From positions 3,992 through 67,991 of the forward strand of contig CAZUBK010000002.1 of assembly GCA_964618725.1 (NCBI GenBank): a stretch of DNA of 64,000 nucleotides. The letters are read 5' to 3'. This document shows, in pieces, positions 37,775-47,520 of the stretch. Each line of letters opens with the position of its first letter. The stretch's first letter is position 1. Both the position numbers and the translations under genes were made by a program. This DNA is from an uncultured Pseudomonadales bacterium. GTDB taxonomy: Bacteria > Patescibacteriota > Microgenomatia > UBA1400 > Chazhemtobacteraceae. Below the pieces are notes generated by a model. That model was given only the letters and a program-made list of their open reading frames with translations, had not been told where the DNA came from and did no database searches.

Positions 37775-38392
37775 TTATTCACTTTTTGCTTTAGCTTTTT
37801 TTGCTTTAGCAGTAAGCTCAGAAAGATTGGGGTCAGGTTTGGTAATGATCTTGTCAATAAAACCATATTCCAAAGCCTGAGTGGCGGTCATGTCACGTTC
37901 TTGACGAAAGATGGCATTAAGCTCACTGAGATCTCGACCTGAACGGAGTTGGGTTTGGGTGATGAGAAAGCGAGTGTAATACCTAATAGTATCAACTGCC
38001 CAATCTTCCCCTTCGACGATGGAGGCAATTTCAGCATTGCCCAACGGATATTGTCCCCAGTGGGGCATGAGCCAAGCACCGTCAACAGCGAGACGCTTGT
38101 CGCAATATTGGAGAGTAAAGAATCCGCCTGACCAAGCTCGGCCCAGAACTAAACCAATAGAGGGTAGGCCACACAACTTCAGAGCATTACCAATAGCGAC
38201 AACGCTAATGACAGAGCCGCCGTTACTATCGATCAGAAGCCGAACTTCTTTTTTGGATAGGCTTTTGGCCTTGAAAATGAGGGGGACAACCACATCGGTC
38301 ATTTCCTGACAGAAATTGGCCCAGATAGGGATCCAATTTTGTTCCTCGAGCAGTTTATCGGCTCTCTTTGCGTATTCTTCCCAGTCAACCAT
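37775..38392 (-). CDS. ClpP-family serine peptidase (divergent; no clpX nearby)
   Basis: Collinear with ClpP: LLIDSNGGSV...; Ser in GRAWSGG; His in LMPHWGQ; Asp in RDMTATQALEYGFIDKI. Confidence 0.6.
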   Translation of the reverse strand: MVDWEEYAKRADKLLEEQNWIPIWANFCQEMTDVVVPLIFKAKSLSKKEVRLLIDSNGGSVISVVAIGNALKLCGLPSIGLVLGRAWSGGFFTLQYCDKRLAVDGAWLMPHWGQYPLGNAEIASIVEGEDWAVDTIRYYTRFLITQTQLRSGRDLSELNAIFRQERDMTATQALEYGFIDKIITKPDPNLSELTAKAKKAKAKSE

Positions 38393-38558
38393 TTTTTCAC
38401 CTCAAAGTGCGATTTGTGGGGGTATTGTACGTTATAGGTGTTCAAAAAACAACTTATGTGTGATTCATGAAAAAAGAATGTGCCGAACGTGACTGGATGC
38501 AATTGTACTATCTGTTTTGTTTTGGTAAGAGCATAAATTGATTACGTCGTGTTAGAAT

Positions 38559-39308
38559 TTGGTTATGAGTTTGTTGCTATATATCATCATCTTTTCTTTG
38601 CTAGGAGGGGTAGTCTCTTTGGTAGGAGGGATTGGCATGCTGGCAAAGAAAGAGATCTTAAGCAAACATATTTGCAGTTTAACGGCATTTGCAGCGGGGG
38701 TCTTGGTGACAGTTTCACTACTTGATCTGCTTCCTGAGGCTTTTGAATTAGGGGATCCAGACATTGTAGGCATGGGCGTTTTATTTGGAGTAGTCGGACT
38801 GTTTATCCTGGAAAAGATGTCGGTCTGGTTTCATCACCATCACGAACCACATGGAGCGGCACCGGAGCTTGTTGGCGTTTTCTTAGGAGATACTCTGCAT
38901 AACTTTATTGACGGTTTGGCTATTGGAGCAGCTTTTTTAATTAGCATACCGACGGGGATCGCTACTGCGGTAGCCGTTGGAATGCATGAATTACCTCAAG
39001 AGATTGCCGACTTTTCCTTATACATTAAAGCTAAGATGAGTAGTGGCCGGACTCTTACTCTGAATGTATTGTCGTCCCTGTCTACTTTAGTGGGAGCAGT
39101 CGGTGTATTTTATCTGGGGGACTTTCTTGAGGGATTGGAAGTGTATATCCTGGCAATTGCGGCAGGAATGTTTCTCTATATTGCTTTGGCCGACCTAGTT
39201 CCAGAACTACATGAGGCATCAGAGAAGAAAAGGAATACTATTCAACTACTAGTATTCTTCTTGGGTGTGGTCACTGCATATGCAAGCATTATTTTATTAG
39301 GCGACTAA
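38559..39308 (+). CDS. ZIP-family divalent metal (zinc) transporter, ZupT-like
   Basis: 8 TM. His-rich loop HHHHEPH, HNFIDGLAIGAAF and HELPQEIADF motifs. Confidence 0.85.
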   Translation: MVMSLLLYIIIFSLLGGVVSLVGGIGMLAKKEILSKHICSLTAFAAGVLVTVSLLDLLPEAFELGDPDIVGMGVLFGVVGLFILEKMSVWFHHHHEPHGAAPELVGVFLGDTLHNFIDGLAIGAAFLISIPTGIATAVAVGMHELPQEIADFSLYIKAKMSSGRTLTLNVLSSLSTLVGAVGVFYLGDFLEGLEVYILAIAAGMFLYIALADLVPELHEASEKKRNTIQLLVFFLGVVTAYASIILLGD

Positions 39309-39311
39309 AAC

Positions 39312-40547
39312 ATGAAACTAAGTCAAATGGCAGTAACGCCACTTAAAAATCTACCCAAAGAAGGAGAAACCATTAATCATAAGCTCTTAGTTCAGGCAGG
39401 TTTTGTCCGTCAATTAATGGCGGGAGTATATACGTATCTACCGCTTGGATTGCTGGTCTTAAGAAAGATAGAAAATATTGTCCGGGAAGAAATGAATAAG
39501 GTGGGTGGAGAGGAGATCCTGATGCCGATGCTACATCCGGCAGAAATCTGGAAGACGTCAGGGGGGTGGAACGGAGTGGATGTCTTGTTTAAACTGAAGA
39601 GTCGGACAGATAAGGATTACGCCTTGGGACAAAGTCAGGAGGAAGTAGTAACGCCGTTGATGAAAGAGTTCATTCAGTCATATCGGAACCTACCGAAAGC
39701 TGTTTATCACATCCAGTGGAAATTCAGGGATGAACTGAGATCTAAGTCGGGACTGATGAGAGGAAGAGAGTTTTTGATGAAAGACATGTATAGCTGGCAT
39801 ACAGACCAAGGAGATTTTGAACGATATTACGAAGAAGTCAAAGAGGCTTATTTGCGAATATTTACTCGTCTAGGACTAACCGCTAAAGTAACGGAAGCGT
39901 CTGGGGGGAGCTTTAGTGAAAAGATATCGTATGAGTTTGAGGTACTGACTGATGCTGGAGAGGCGAATATTTTGTACTGTCCTTTATGTGAGTTCTGTGT
40001 GAATGTTGATGACATTAAGACGTATAAGGAGAAAGATAGTTGTCCCAAATGTGATAAAGGTGAGCTTATGCCAGCACTAGCTTCTGAGGTGGGAAATGTT
40101 TTCGATTTGGGACTTAAGTACGTCAAGGCATTTGATCTTACGTATGTTGATAAAGAAGGAAAGAGACAGTATCCGGTAATGGGGTGCTATGGATTAGGAA
40201 TTAGCCGGACGATGGGAGTCCTGGTCGAGAAGTTCAATGATCAAAAGGGAATTATCTGGCCCAAAGAGGTATCCCCCTTCACAGTCCACTTGATAGATTT
40301 AGATCAAAAAGAAGAAGGAGAGAGGCTCTGGCAAGAACTGAAAGATAAGGGGACAGAGACGCTTTGGGACGATCGAGAAGTCGGAGCGGGAGTTAAATTT
40401 GCCGATGCTGATTTGATCGGGTGCCCGTTTCGCGTGGTAGTAAGTGGCAAGACGATGAAGGAAGGCCATATTGAGTTGAAGGAAAGGGCCGGTAGTGAAA
40501 GTAGGTTGGTTACTGTTGAGGAGCTAGTTCGACTTGTACGTGATTAA
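39312..40547 (+). CDS. proS: Prolyl-tRNA synthetase, minimal bacterial-type without INS editing domain, with a Cys4 zinc-ribbon insertion
   Basis: N-terminus matches bacterial ProRS. Class II motif 2 FRDELRSKSGLMRGREFLMKDMYSWH. CPLCEFC...CPKC insertion. 411 aa versus about 570 aa for INS-containing enzymes. Confidence 0.9.
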   Translation: MKLSQMAVTPLKNLPKEGETINHKLLVQAGFVRQLMAGVYTYLPLGLLVLRKIENIVREEMNKVGGEEILMPMLHPAEIWKTSGGWNGVDVLFKLKSRTDKDYALGQSQEEVVTPLMKEFIQSYRNLPKAVYHIQWKFRDELRSKSGLMRGREFLMKDMYSWHTDQGDFERYYEEVKEAYLRIFTRLGLTAKVTEASGGSFSEKISYEFEVLTDAGEANILYCPLCEFCVNVDDIKTYKEKDSCPKCDKGELMPALASEVGNVFDLGLKYVKAFDLTYVDKEGKRQYPVMGCYGLGISRTMGVLVEKFNDQKGIIWPKEVSPFTVHLIDLDQKEEGERLWQELKDKGTETLWDDREVGAGVKFADADLIGCPFRVVVSGKTMKEGHIELKERAGSESRLVTVEELVRLVRD

Positions 40548-41283
40548 GATCCTTGGACTGACGTTCCATCTATATGGCTTACTAATCGGCTTGGCGGTTT
40601 GGCTGGCTTTGGAAGTGTCACTTTATATAGGAAAACTGTTAAGGGTAAATAGGAAGGTGATTGAAGAAGCCTTTCTTTGGGTAGTGATACCAGGGATCAT
40701 TGGAGCGAGAATGTACCACGTTGTCGACTTATGGCAAAAGATATACAGCGATAATATCTGGAAGATTTTATATCTCTGGGAAGGAGGACTGGGAATCTTT
40801 GGAGGGATATTAGGAGGAATAGTGGGACTGTTTGTCTATTGGAAGACTAGGAAAACAAAGACAACTCTACTTAGATTGCTCGATGTAACGATAATTGGAG
40901 TACCGCTGGCACAGGCAGTGGGAAGGTGGGGGAACTTTGCCAATGGAGAGCTTTATGGCAAGCCAACTCTACTTCCTTGGGGAATAAAAGTGAACGATTC
41001 AATCTTACGAGTACATCCACTATTCTTGTATGAATCGTTGCTGGATTTAGCTTTGTTTGTCGGGTTATTCTTATTTGTGAAAAGTAAAAAAGAGAAGACA
41101 AAAAGAGGGTCAGTTTTGGGAACCTATTTGATTGGATACGGATTGATCAGATTTTTCCTGGAAACACTTCGACCAAGTGAAGTCATCTGGACGTGGATGG
41201 GTATACCGATGGCGCAAATATGGGCAATTTTTGCTCTGATAGCGGGAATCTATTTTCTCTCGAGAACGAGAGGGAGGACCTGA
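40534..41283 (+). CDS. lgt: Prolipoprotein diacylglyceryl transferase
   Basis: Lgt signature GRWGNFANGELYG; 7 TM. Confidence 0.9.
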   Translation: MYVIKILGLTFHLYGLLIGLAVWLALEVSLYIGKLLRVNRKVIEEAFLWVVIPGIIGARMYHVVDLWQKIYSDNIWKILYLWEGGLGIFGGILGGIVGLFVYWKTRKTKTTLLRLLDVTIIGVPLAQAVGRWGNFANGELYGKPTLLPWGIKVNDSILRVHPLFLYESLLDLALFVGLFLFVKSKKEKTKRGSVLGTYLIGYGLIRFFLETLRPSEVIWTWMGIPMAQIWAIFALIAGIYFLSRTRGRT

Positions 41284-43679
41284 TCCATGTGGCTGACAAA
41301 GTGAAACTTGAGATCGTCTTTGACAACTCTGGGGACATTAATCAGGTCTTTTTTATTGTCAGAGGGAAGGATGATCTGTTTGAGTCCAGCACGGTGACCG
41401 GCGATGACCTTTTCCTTGACGCCACCTATCTCGGTGACACGGCCCCTTAGAGTAATCTCACCGGTCATGCCGATGAGACGATCAGTTGGTTTCTTGGAAA
41501 AAGCAGAGACAATGGCAGTGGTGATGGCGGCGCCGGCGGAGGGACCGTCTTTGGGGATAGCGCCTTCGGGAACGTGGATATGGACATCGGTTTCGGCGAA
41601 ACGCTTTGGGTCAATCTTGAGTTTCTTGGCATTGGCCCGAACGTAAGAGAGGGCGGCTTGAGCAGACTCTTTCATGACATCGCCGAGCTGACCGGTGATC
41701 TGAATTCGCCCTTTACCTTCCATGATAGCGACTTCGATGAAAAGAATGTCACCACCCACTTGGGTGTAGGCGAGGCCAGTGGAGATGCCAATGGTGTCTT
41801 TATCTTCAGCGAGAGTGTGAGTAAACTTACGGGGCCCGAGATAACGAGCCACTTCTTTGGGGGTAATCTGAAGTAGAGTAACTTTTTTGGGAGATGAGGC
41901 AATTTTACGGGCAACTTTGCGGAAGATCTTACTGATCTCACGCTCCAAGCTTCTGACACCAGCTTCTCGGGTATAGTATTTGATCATCTCTCTAAGAGCC
42001 GCGTCAGTAAGAGAGAGATTCTCATAAGTTAAGGAATTGGCTTTGAGTTGTTTTTGGACAAGGTGGGTCTTGGCGATCTGGAACTTCTCTTCCTCGGTGT
42101 ATCCGGTGAAGTTAATTATCTCTAAGCGATCACGGAGAGCGTGGGGGATAGTCTCGAGAATATTGGCGGTAGTGATGAAGATGATCTTACTTAGATCAAG
42201 TGGGGTATCGAGGTAGTGATCGACAAAAGCATTGTTTTGTTCGGGATCAAGAACCTCAAGAAGGGCGGAAGAAGGGTCCCCTCGATAGTCGGAGCCGATT
42301 TTATCGATTTCATCGAGCATAATGACTGGATTGTTACTGCCAGCATCAATAAGTGACTGGACGACACGGCCAGGCATGGCGCCAACATAGGTACGCCGAT
42401 GACCTCGGATTTCGGCCTCATCACGAATGCCGCCAAGAGCTAATTTGGCAAATTTTCTTCCCAAGGCTTTGGCAATACTTTTACCGACCGAGGTCTTACC
42501 AACTCCGGGAGGACCAGCGAAACAGATAATGGTGGGAACAACCGAGTTTCCCTCTTTGGTTCTGGATTTGCCTTTGTAGTTGGTTTTGCCCAGTTGCATG
42601 ACGGCGAGGTATTCCAAGATTCGCTCTTTGACCTCTTTCAGACCGTGATGGTCGACGGCGAGAATTTTGGCGGCTTTTTGGAGAGAGACTTCTTCTTTGG
42701 TGGAAGAAGACCAGGGAATATCGGTGAGGATCTCGAGCCAGGAACGAATGTAGCTACTTTCGGGGCTGTGGATACTAAGTTTGGCGAGACGATCGAGTTC
42801 CTTGATGGCTTTCTGGTAGGCGATTTTGGGTAGTTTAGCCTTGACTATTTTCTTGCGAAGTTCGGCTATCTCGGTATCTTCATCGGCATCACCGAGTTCT
42901 TTTTGAATCATTCTCATCCTTTCGCGAAGAATGTTTTCTTTCATATTTTGATCAAACTTTTTTTGAGTTTTGCTAGCGATCTTTCTTTCGAGTTCGAGAA
43001 TATTAATCTCTTTATCAAGCAAGGTACCAATCTCTTTCAGTCGAACGAGAAGATCGGCTTGCTCAAGAAGGTTTTGACGCTGTTCATGTTTCAGATCAAG
43101 GACAGAGGCTACTTGATCAGCAACTGCAGATGAGGAAATGGTGTTCATAATGCGCATAAAGACAGGAACATCGATGTTGACCTTGCCGAGATTGACAGCC
43201 TTTTTAACTTGGGTGATGAGATGATTGGTGAGAGCTTTGAGCTCATCAGTCTCTTGATAGATGTCGGGGATTTCAGTGAGCGAAGTAAGAAGAATGTGCT
43301 CCTCAATGATGATTTCGTCTAGGTGAACTCGGGTAAGACCGCGGACAATGGCGTGCAGTTCACCGTTAACTGGAACGGTTTTCTCTATACGACAAAGGGT
43401 AGCGATTTTGTATATGTCTTTGGGGAGGGGATTGTTGCTGCTAGCAGTCTTTTGGCCGGCGATGCAGATAAGCTTGTTGCCATTCTCGGCTTTTTGGACA
43501 CCAGAGATAGAGCCGGTTCGACCAAAGGAAAGAATTGCTTCGGTGTTTGGGAAGATAACGCCTTCGCGAAGGGTAACTAGGGGAACAAAACTATTTTTAG
43601 TGTCTGAAGTAGACGAAGTTTTGGGATTGAGTAAGATTGCCATGGAGGTAAATATACTGCCTGTCTTAGCAGATTGCAA
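41250..43679 (-). CDS. lon: ATP-dependent protease Lon
   Basis: N-domain, AAA+ Walker [10 protein letters not shown], protease domain DGPSAG (catalytic Ser). Confidence 0.95.
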   Translation of the reverse strand: MQSAKTGSIFTSMAILLNPKTSSTSDTKNSFVPLVTLREGVIFPNTEAILSFGRTGSISGVQKAENGNKLICIAGQKTASSNNPLPKDIYKIATLCRIEKTVPVNGELHAIVRGLTRVHLDEIIIEEHILLTSLTEIPDIYQETDELKALTNHLITQVKKAVNLGKVNIDVPVFMRIMNTISSSAVADQVASVLDLKHEQRQNLLEQADLLVRLKEIGTLLDKEINILELERKIASKTQKKFDQNMKENILRERMRMIQKELGDADEDTEIAELRKKIVKAKLPKIAYQKAIKELDRLAKLSIHSPESSYIRSWLEILTDIPWSSSTKEEVSLQKAAKILAVDHHGLKEVKERILEYLAVMQLGKTNYKGKSRTKEGNSVVPTIICFAGPPGVGKTSVGKSIAKALGRKFAKLALGGIRDEAEIRGHRRTYVGAMPGRVVQSLIDAGSNNPVIMLDEIDKIGSDYRGDPSSALLEVLDPEQNNAFVDHYLDTPLDLSKIIFITTANILETIPHALRDRLEIINFTGYTEEEKFQIAKTHLVQKQLKANSLTYENLSLTDAALREMIKYYTREAGVRSLEREISKIFRKVARKIASSPKKVTLLQITPKEVARYLGPRKFTHTLAEDKDTIGISTGLAYTQVGGDILFIEVAIMEGKGRIQITGQLGDVMKESAQAALSYVRANAKKLKIDPKRFAETDVHIHVPEGAIPKDGPSAGAAITTAIVSAFSKKPTDRLIGMTGEITLRGRVTEIGGVKEKVIAGHRAGLKQIILPSDNKKDLINVPRVVKDDLKFHFVSHMDQVLPLVLERK

Positions 43680-43799
43680 GATCGAGTGCTAAAAGCCGAA
43701 AAAAATATTGGTAATAAATTTACTTACGAAAAGAACTGCCAAGAATGTCAGGAAAAAAGTAAGAAGAAATAAAGAGAAAGAAAAGCGTGACGATGACAT

Positions 43800-44264
43800 T
43801 TATTTAACATTAGTCGAGCGCTCCTGCGTCCACAAATGCAGACCGTTTAAATTGGCATAGGCTCGGAAGTAGAGTGTACCAGAGTGAGGGGGGATGAGGC
43901 TAATGCTAAATTGGCTGGAAATAGCAAAGACTCCCTGTGAGTAATCGTGACTTTGGAATGAATAACCGACGGCTAGCGGAGAGTCTAGCGTCGTAATCGC
44001 TGAAGGAGTGGAATCGTAATCGTAATAGATAGCAGTTTTAGAAACACTGGTATTATCTTGGGAGAGAATCTCCCAATCAATCTTGAGCGGTTGACCCACG
44101 GCTGCTTGACTTGGAAAGTCGGAGAGAGTGATGCTGGGAAGTGGTTGGTTAATTTGGGCCAGAAGCTGTTTGCGTGACCGAGTGAACTCAGAGTAAGAGA
44201 GAATAAAAAAGAAGAACAGGCTAAGGGCGAGAAGCATCCGAGATATCTGTGGTGGCACCATCAT
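43800..44264 (-). CDS. Hypothetical secreted/anchored protein
   Basis: N-terminal hydrophobic segment LLALSLFFFFILSY; beta-rich Ser/Tyr-rich region. Confidence 0.35.
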   Translation of the reverse strand: MMVPPQISRMLLALSLFFFFILSYSEFTRSRKQLLAQINQPLPSITLSDFPSQAAVGQPLKIDWEILSQDNTSVSKTAIYYDYDSTPSAITTLDSPLAVGYSFQSHDYSQGVFAISSQFSISLIPPHSGTLYFRAYANLNGLHLWTQERSTNVK

Positions 44265-44278
44265 TGACTAATTCTACC

Positions 44279-44827
44279 TCACAGAGGAGTAGAGACAAAC
44301 ATGCCAACAGATTTACCGATAAAGTAAGAAGCCGAGGCGGCGAGGGCGCCTAAGAGAAGCATTTCTAGACCATTTCTCCACCAAGTACCTTTGATGAAGG
44401 AGGTGCGCAGACTCCCGACAATGAAAAGAGCAGTGACGGTAGAGAGTGTAGAGTAGAGAAGGGGCTGAATAATGGCTAAATCAAAAACAGAAGCAAGAAG
44501 GTAAGGGAGTAGTGGGAGGATGCCGGCAATTATAAAGGCTAGGAAAGTAATCAGAGAGGTTAGTCCAATGTGACTTAAGTGGCGCTGCTGATGATTTTGA
44601 ACTTGTTGATATCTTCGTTCAGATCGCTCACCAAGGAAGTCGCCAAGACCCATGGAGATACCATCAGCAACCATGTTGGCAATACCTAAGATGAGAATAA
44701 TTCGAGAAGGCAAACTAGCACCGGAAACGGCGGTCACAACGGCAAAAGTGGTAACGATACCGTCGTTGGCACCAAAGACGGCAGACTTAAGGAGACCGTC
44801 TTGGAAATATCTTTTGCGATGAAGCAT
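44279..44827 (-). CDS. VIT1/CCC1-family iron/manganese transporter
   Basis: FGANDGIVTTFAVVTAVSGA signature and 5 TM; lacks the ferritin-like N-domain. Confidence 0.7.
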   Translation of the reverse strand: MLHRKRYFQDGLLKSAVFGANDGIVTTFAVVTAVSGASLPSRIILILGIANMVADGISMGLGDFLGERSERRYQQVQNHQQRHLSHIGLTSLITFLAFIIAGILPLLPYLLASVFDLAIIQPLLYSTLSTVTALFIVGSLRTSFIKGTWWRNGLEMLLLGALAASASYFIGKSVGMFVSTPL

Positions 44828-44839
44828 AGGTAAATGATA

Positions 44840-45715
44840 CTAAGAAAAAAGGGCGGTAGTGAAGGCACTTGTATAGTCAAAAGTGAGATCGGGAAAGACG
44901 GCCAAGTAGTCAAGGTTGAACTTGGCGGACAAAATAGACCAATACTTTTTAGGGCTAACGAAGAGGGCAGTGGCACAGGCATCGGCCAGGAGGGTAGAGG
45001 GGGCCAAGACACTGACGGAAAGAAGATTGTTGACTGGTTGTTTGGACTTAGGATCAAGGAGGTGGTGAAAGTTCTTGATTTTTCTCTTGCTAGAGCCGGA
45101 AGTGGCAATAGCCTGATTCATAAGATTAACTTGACCGATGCCTAGAGTTGGATCAAGTGGGTGCTCAAGAGCAACCTGCCAGGGATCACCGTTTTTTTTA
45201 GTGGTGGCATAGATGTCGCCACCACCTTCGATAAGAAAGAAGGAGAAACCCAACTCCTTTATCTTCTTGGCGATGAGGTCAATGAGGTAACCCTTGCCCA
45301 AGGAGCCAATATCAAGGGAGAGTGGACCGTGTTTGTAAAGTATCTTGTCTTTGATACGAAAGGAATTGAACTTTTGGCTAAGTTTGTCTTGATTGATCTT
45401 GAAGGAAAGGTCTGAGTCATAACCATAGCCTTCAAGTAAGTGTCTAACTTGGAGGTCGAAGTGATGATCAGTCAGTTTGTTTAGTACTTGCCCCAAAGAC
45501 AACATGTCGAAAAGAGGACGCGGAAGAGCAATTTGTGTGGCGGGACTGTTGTTAATCTGGCTTAACAGAGAATCTGAACGGAAACGAGAAAACTTACTTT
45601 CGAAATCGAGAGCCAATTTCTTTATTTCCTCCGGGCAAGAAGATGAGAAAGTTGGGTGATCTATAAGGAAGCTCCAAACAGTACCAAGAGCTGGGAAAGA
45701 AAACTGCATCATCAA
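44840..45715 (-). CDS. apbE: FAD:protein FMN transferase (ApbE/Ftp family)
   Basis: LGT...FLID start, LDIGSLGKGYLIDL (compare LDLGGIAKGYA), FHHLLDPKSKQP (compare HIIDPRTG), ADACATAL (compare ADALST). No obvious signal peptide. Confidence 0.8.
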   Translation of the reverse strand: MMMQFSFPALGTVWSFLIDHPTFSSSCPEEIKKLALDFESKFSRFRSDSLLSQINNSPATQIALPRPLFDMLSLGQVLNKLTDHHFDLQVRHLLEGYGYDSDLSFKINQDKLSQKFNSFRIKDKILYKHGPLSLDIGSLGKGYLIDLIAKKIKELGFSFFLIEGGGDIYATTKKNGDPWQVALEHPLDPTLGIGQVNLMNQAIATSGSSKRKIKNFHHLLDPKSKQPVNNLLSVSVLAPSTLLADACATALFVSPKKYWSILSAKFNLDYLAVFPDLTFDYTSAFTTALFS

Positions 45716-45722
45716 CCAGAGT

Positions 45723-46139
45723 TTAGATCTGTTGATCTAGTTTTAGAAGGGCGGCGTTGAAGGCGTCGGTAGTGAGGGAGGCGCCGGAGAGTTTGTCGAT
45801 TTTAAGACCAGCCAACCTTTTGCCAATGATTACTTTGGATAGCTCTTTTACAAACTGTTCTTGATAACGAATGCTGGCATCGATCTCAGTCAGAACTTTT
45901 ATTTCGATATTTGTAATGGTGCCGTCTTTGATAGTGAGAGTAACTGGATTCTCTTCCTGTCCACCAGGGGACTCGTAAAGGAGGGTGGTGGTATAGGTAT
46001 TTCCTTGTTTCTGCCAATTTCCGTCGACTTTCTTTTCTTGGACAGTGGAAACAAGACCCTTGAGTTGATTGGCGAATTGACAACCTGAAAGGAGAATAGA
46101 AGTGATTAATATGACGGGCAGAACAAACTTTCGGGGCAT
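45723..46139 (-). CDS. FMN-binding-domain lipoprotein (PplA/NqrC/RnfG-like) with ApbE flavinylation motif
   Basis: Lipobox LLSGC; C-terminal DKLSGASLTT fits Dxx(S/T)GA(S/T). 7 nt upstream of apbE on the same strand. Confidence 0.6.
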   Translation of the reverse strand: MPRKFVLPVILITSILLSGCQFANQLKGLVSTVQEKKVDGNWQKQGNTYTTTLLYESPGGQEENPVTLTIKDGTITNIEIKVLTEIDASIRYQEQFVKELSKVIIGKRLAGLKIDKLSGASLTTDAFNAALLKLDQQI

Positions 46140-46194
46140 AGCTTAAGTTGTAGCATTTGAATTGGGTAGGAACAAGATCGGGTATATTTAAGTC

Positions 46195-47001
46195 ATGATG
46201 GGAAAGCTATGGCGTCAACCAACATGGATGAGTGCAGTGTTTTTGTCGGCTTTATATGCTTTGGCTGTGTTTTTACGAAGTAGTGAGACTGGTTTTCTGG
46301 AAAACGAAATAGTTAGACTGGGAGCGCTGGGAACGGGCTTTTTACTGCCACACATTTTGGGTATGTTTTTGTGGCAGAGCAAACCAAAAGTGGAGAATCT
46401 GTTGATTACCGTAGTGCTTTTGCTGCTGTTGGCAGATCCACAGAGTAGTTTCTTTGGGATGTTGATACTGGGCTTACTGACGGCGTTAATCAAGACGGTG
46501 GTAAGAGTGGCACATCAACCACTATTTAATCCGGCGGCGGCCGGGCTACTAGCAGCATCGTGGGTGGGGGTGCTGACGACTTGGTGGGGGGTAAGTTTCT
46601 CGCCGAGGTTGCCAATATTCAATATCAGCATTGCAATGCTGCTAACACTGCCATTAGGAATCTACGTTATTGCCCGTTACAAAAAGTGGCCAACTCTGGT
46701 GAGCGTGCCGATGTCACTACTGATCGTTTATTTCCTTCAAACGGGGCGATTGCCACTGGTGACGATACTTGAAGGCACATTTGCTTTTTTTCTGTTAGTG
46801 ATGGCAACTGAGCCGAGAACGACTCCAGTAATTGACTGGCAAGAGTGGATCTTTGGAGTCTTATTAGGGGTACTATTGGCAGTCTTATTTGTTCATCGAG
46901 TGGCGGGGGATCCGTATTTGGTGGCGTTACTGATAGTCAATTTCTTCTTTGGAGTCTTTAAATTTGTTCAGTTGAAGCTGGCTTTGAGAGGGAGGGTGTA
47001 A
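46195..47001 (+). CDS. Hypothetical polytopic membrane protein (7-8 TM)
   Basis: 268 aa. LVMATEPRTTP segment loosely resembles the ATDP segment of NqrB/RnfD-type proteins (weak). Confidence 0.35.
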   Translation: MMGKLWRQPTWMSAVFLSALYALAVFLRSSETGFLENEIVRLGALGTGFLLPHILGMFLWQSKPKVENLLITVVLLLLLADPQSSFFGMLILGLLTALIKTVVRVAHQPLFNPAAAGLLAASWVGVLTTWWGVSFSPRLPIFNISIAMLLTLPLGIYVIARYKKWPTLVSVPMSLLIVYFLQTGRLPLVTILEGTFAFFLLVMATEPRTTPVIDWQEWIFGVLLGVLLAVLFVHRVAGDPYLVALLIVNFFFGVFKFVQLKLALRGRV

Positions 47002-47010
47002 AATGGACGT

Positions 47011-47496
47011 ATGTATGCACAGGTTTTTGAACTTCATGCAAATCTGCTTAAGGCACTAGCTCACCCGAAGAGACTGGAGATAGTTCAGTTACTTAGGGAC
47101 AAGGAGTTAAATGTGACGCAAATTCAACAGATGTTGGGATTGCCGCAGGCAAACTTGTCCCAACACCTGATGGTATTACGAGAGGAGGGGGTGGTCTTGA
47201 GCCGAAAGAAAGGAAAAGAAGTGGTATACAAAATGGCTCATGATAATTTTGTTGAAGCGACTGACTTAATGCGGGAGGTATTGATCGAGAGATATCGGGG
47301 GGATAAGAGAATGACTGATGAACTAAGTATTAAAATGCAAGATCTAATGCCGGTCGTAGTAGATCCTGTGTGTGGTATGAGGATTTCGCCAAAGACGGCT
47401 TCCTGTGCAGAGACTTGGAAGGGTGAAAACTATTTTTTTTGCGGGTCGGGGTGTCTCAAACAATTCAAAAAAGAGCCGGATAGCTTTGCTTTGTAA
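47011..47496 (+). CDS. ArsR/SmtB-family metalloregulator with C-terminal YHS/TRASH metal-binding domain
   Basis: wHTH LAHPKRLEIVQLL...NVTQIQQMLGLPQANLSQHLMVLRE. C-terminal VDPVCGMRIS...FFCGSGCLKQF. Confidence 0.75.
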   Translation: MYAQVFELHANLLKALAHPKRLEIVQLLRDKELNVTQIQQMLGLPQANLSQHLMVLREEGVVLSRKKGKEVVYKMAHDNFVEATDLMREVLIERYRGDKRMTDELSIKMQDLMPVVVDPVCGMRISPKTASCAETWKGENYFFCGSGCLKQFKKEPDSFAL

Positions 47497-47520
47497 GCGT
47501 ATCTGTTTCTTTAACCCCCC

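Noticed and set aside
38393-38558. Looked for a Zur-type palindrome upstream of the ZIP zinc transporter
   Set aside because: No convincing AT-rich inverted repeat of the Zur-box type was visible in the 166-nt divergent intergenic region.
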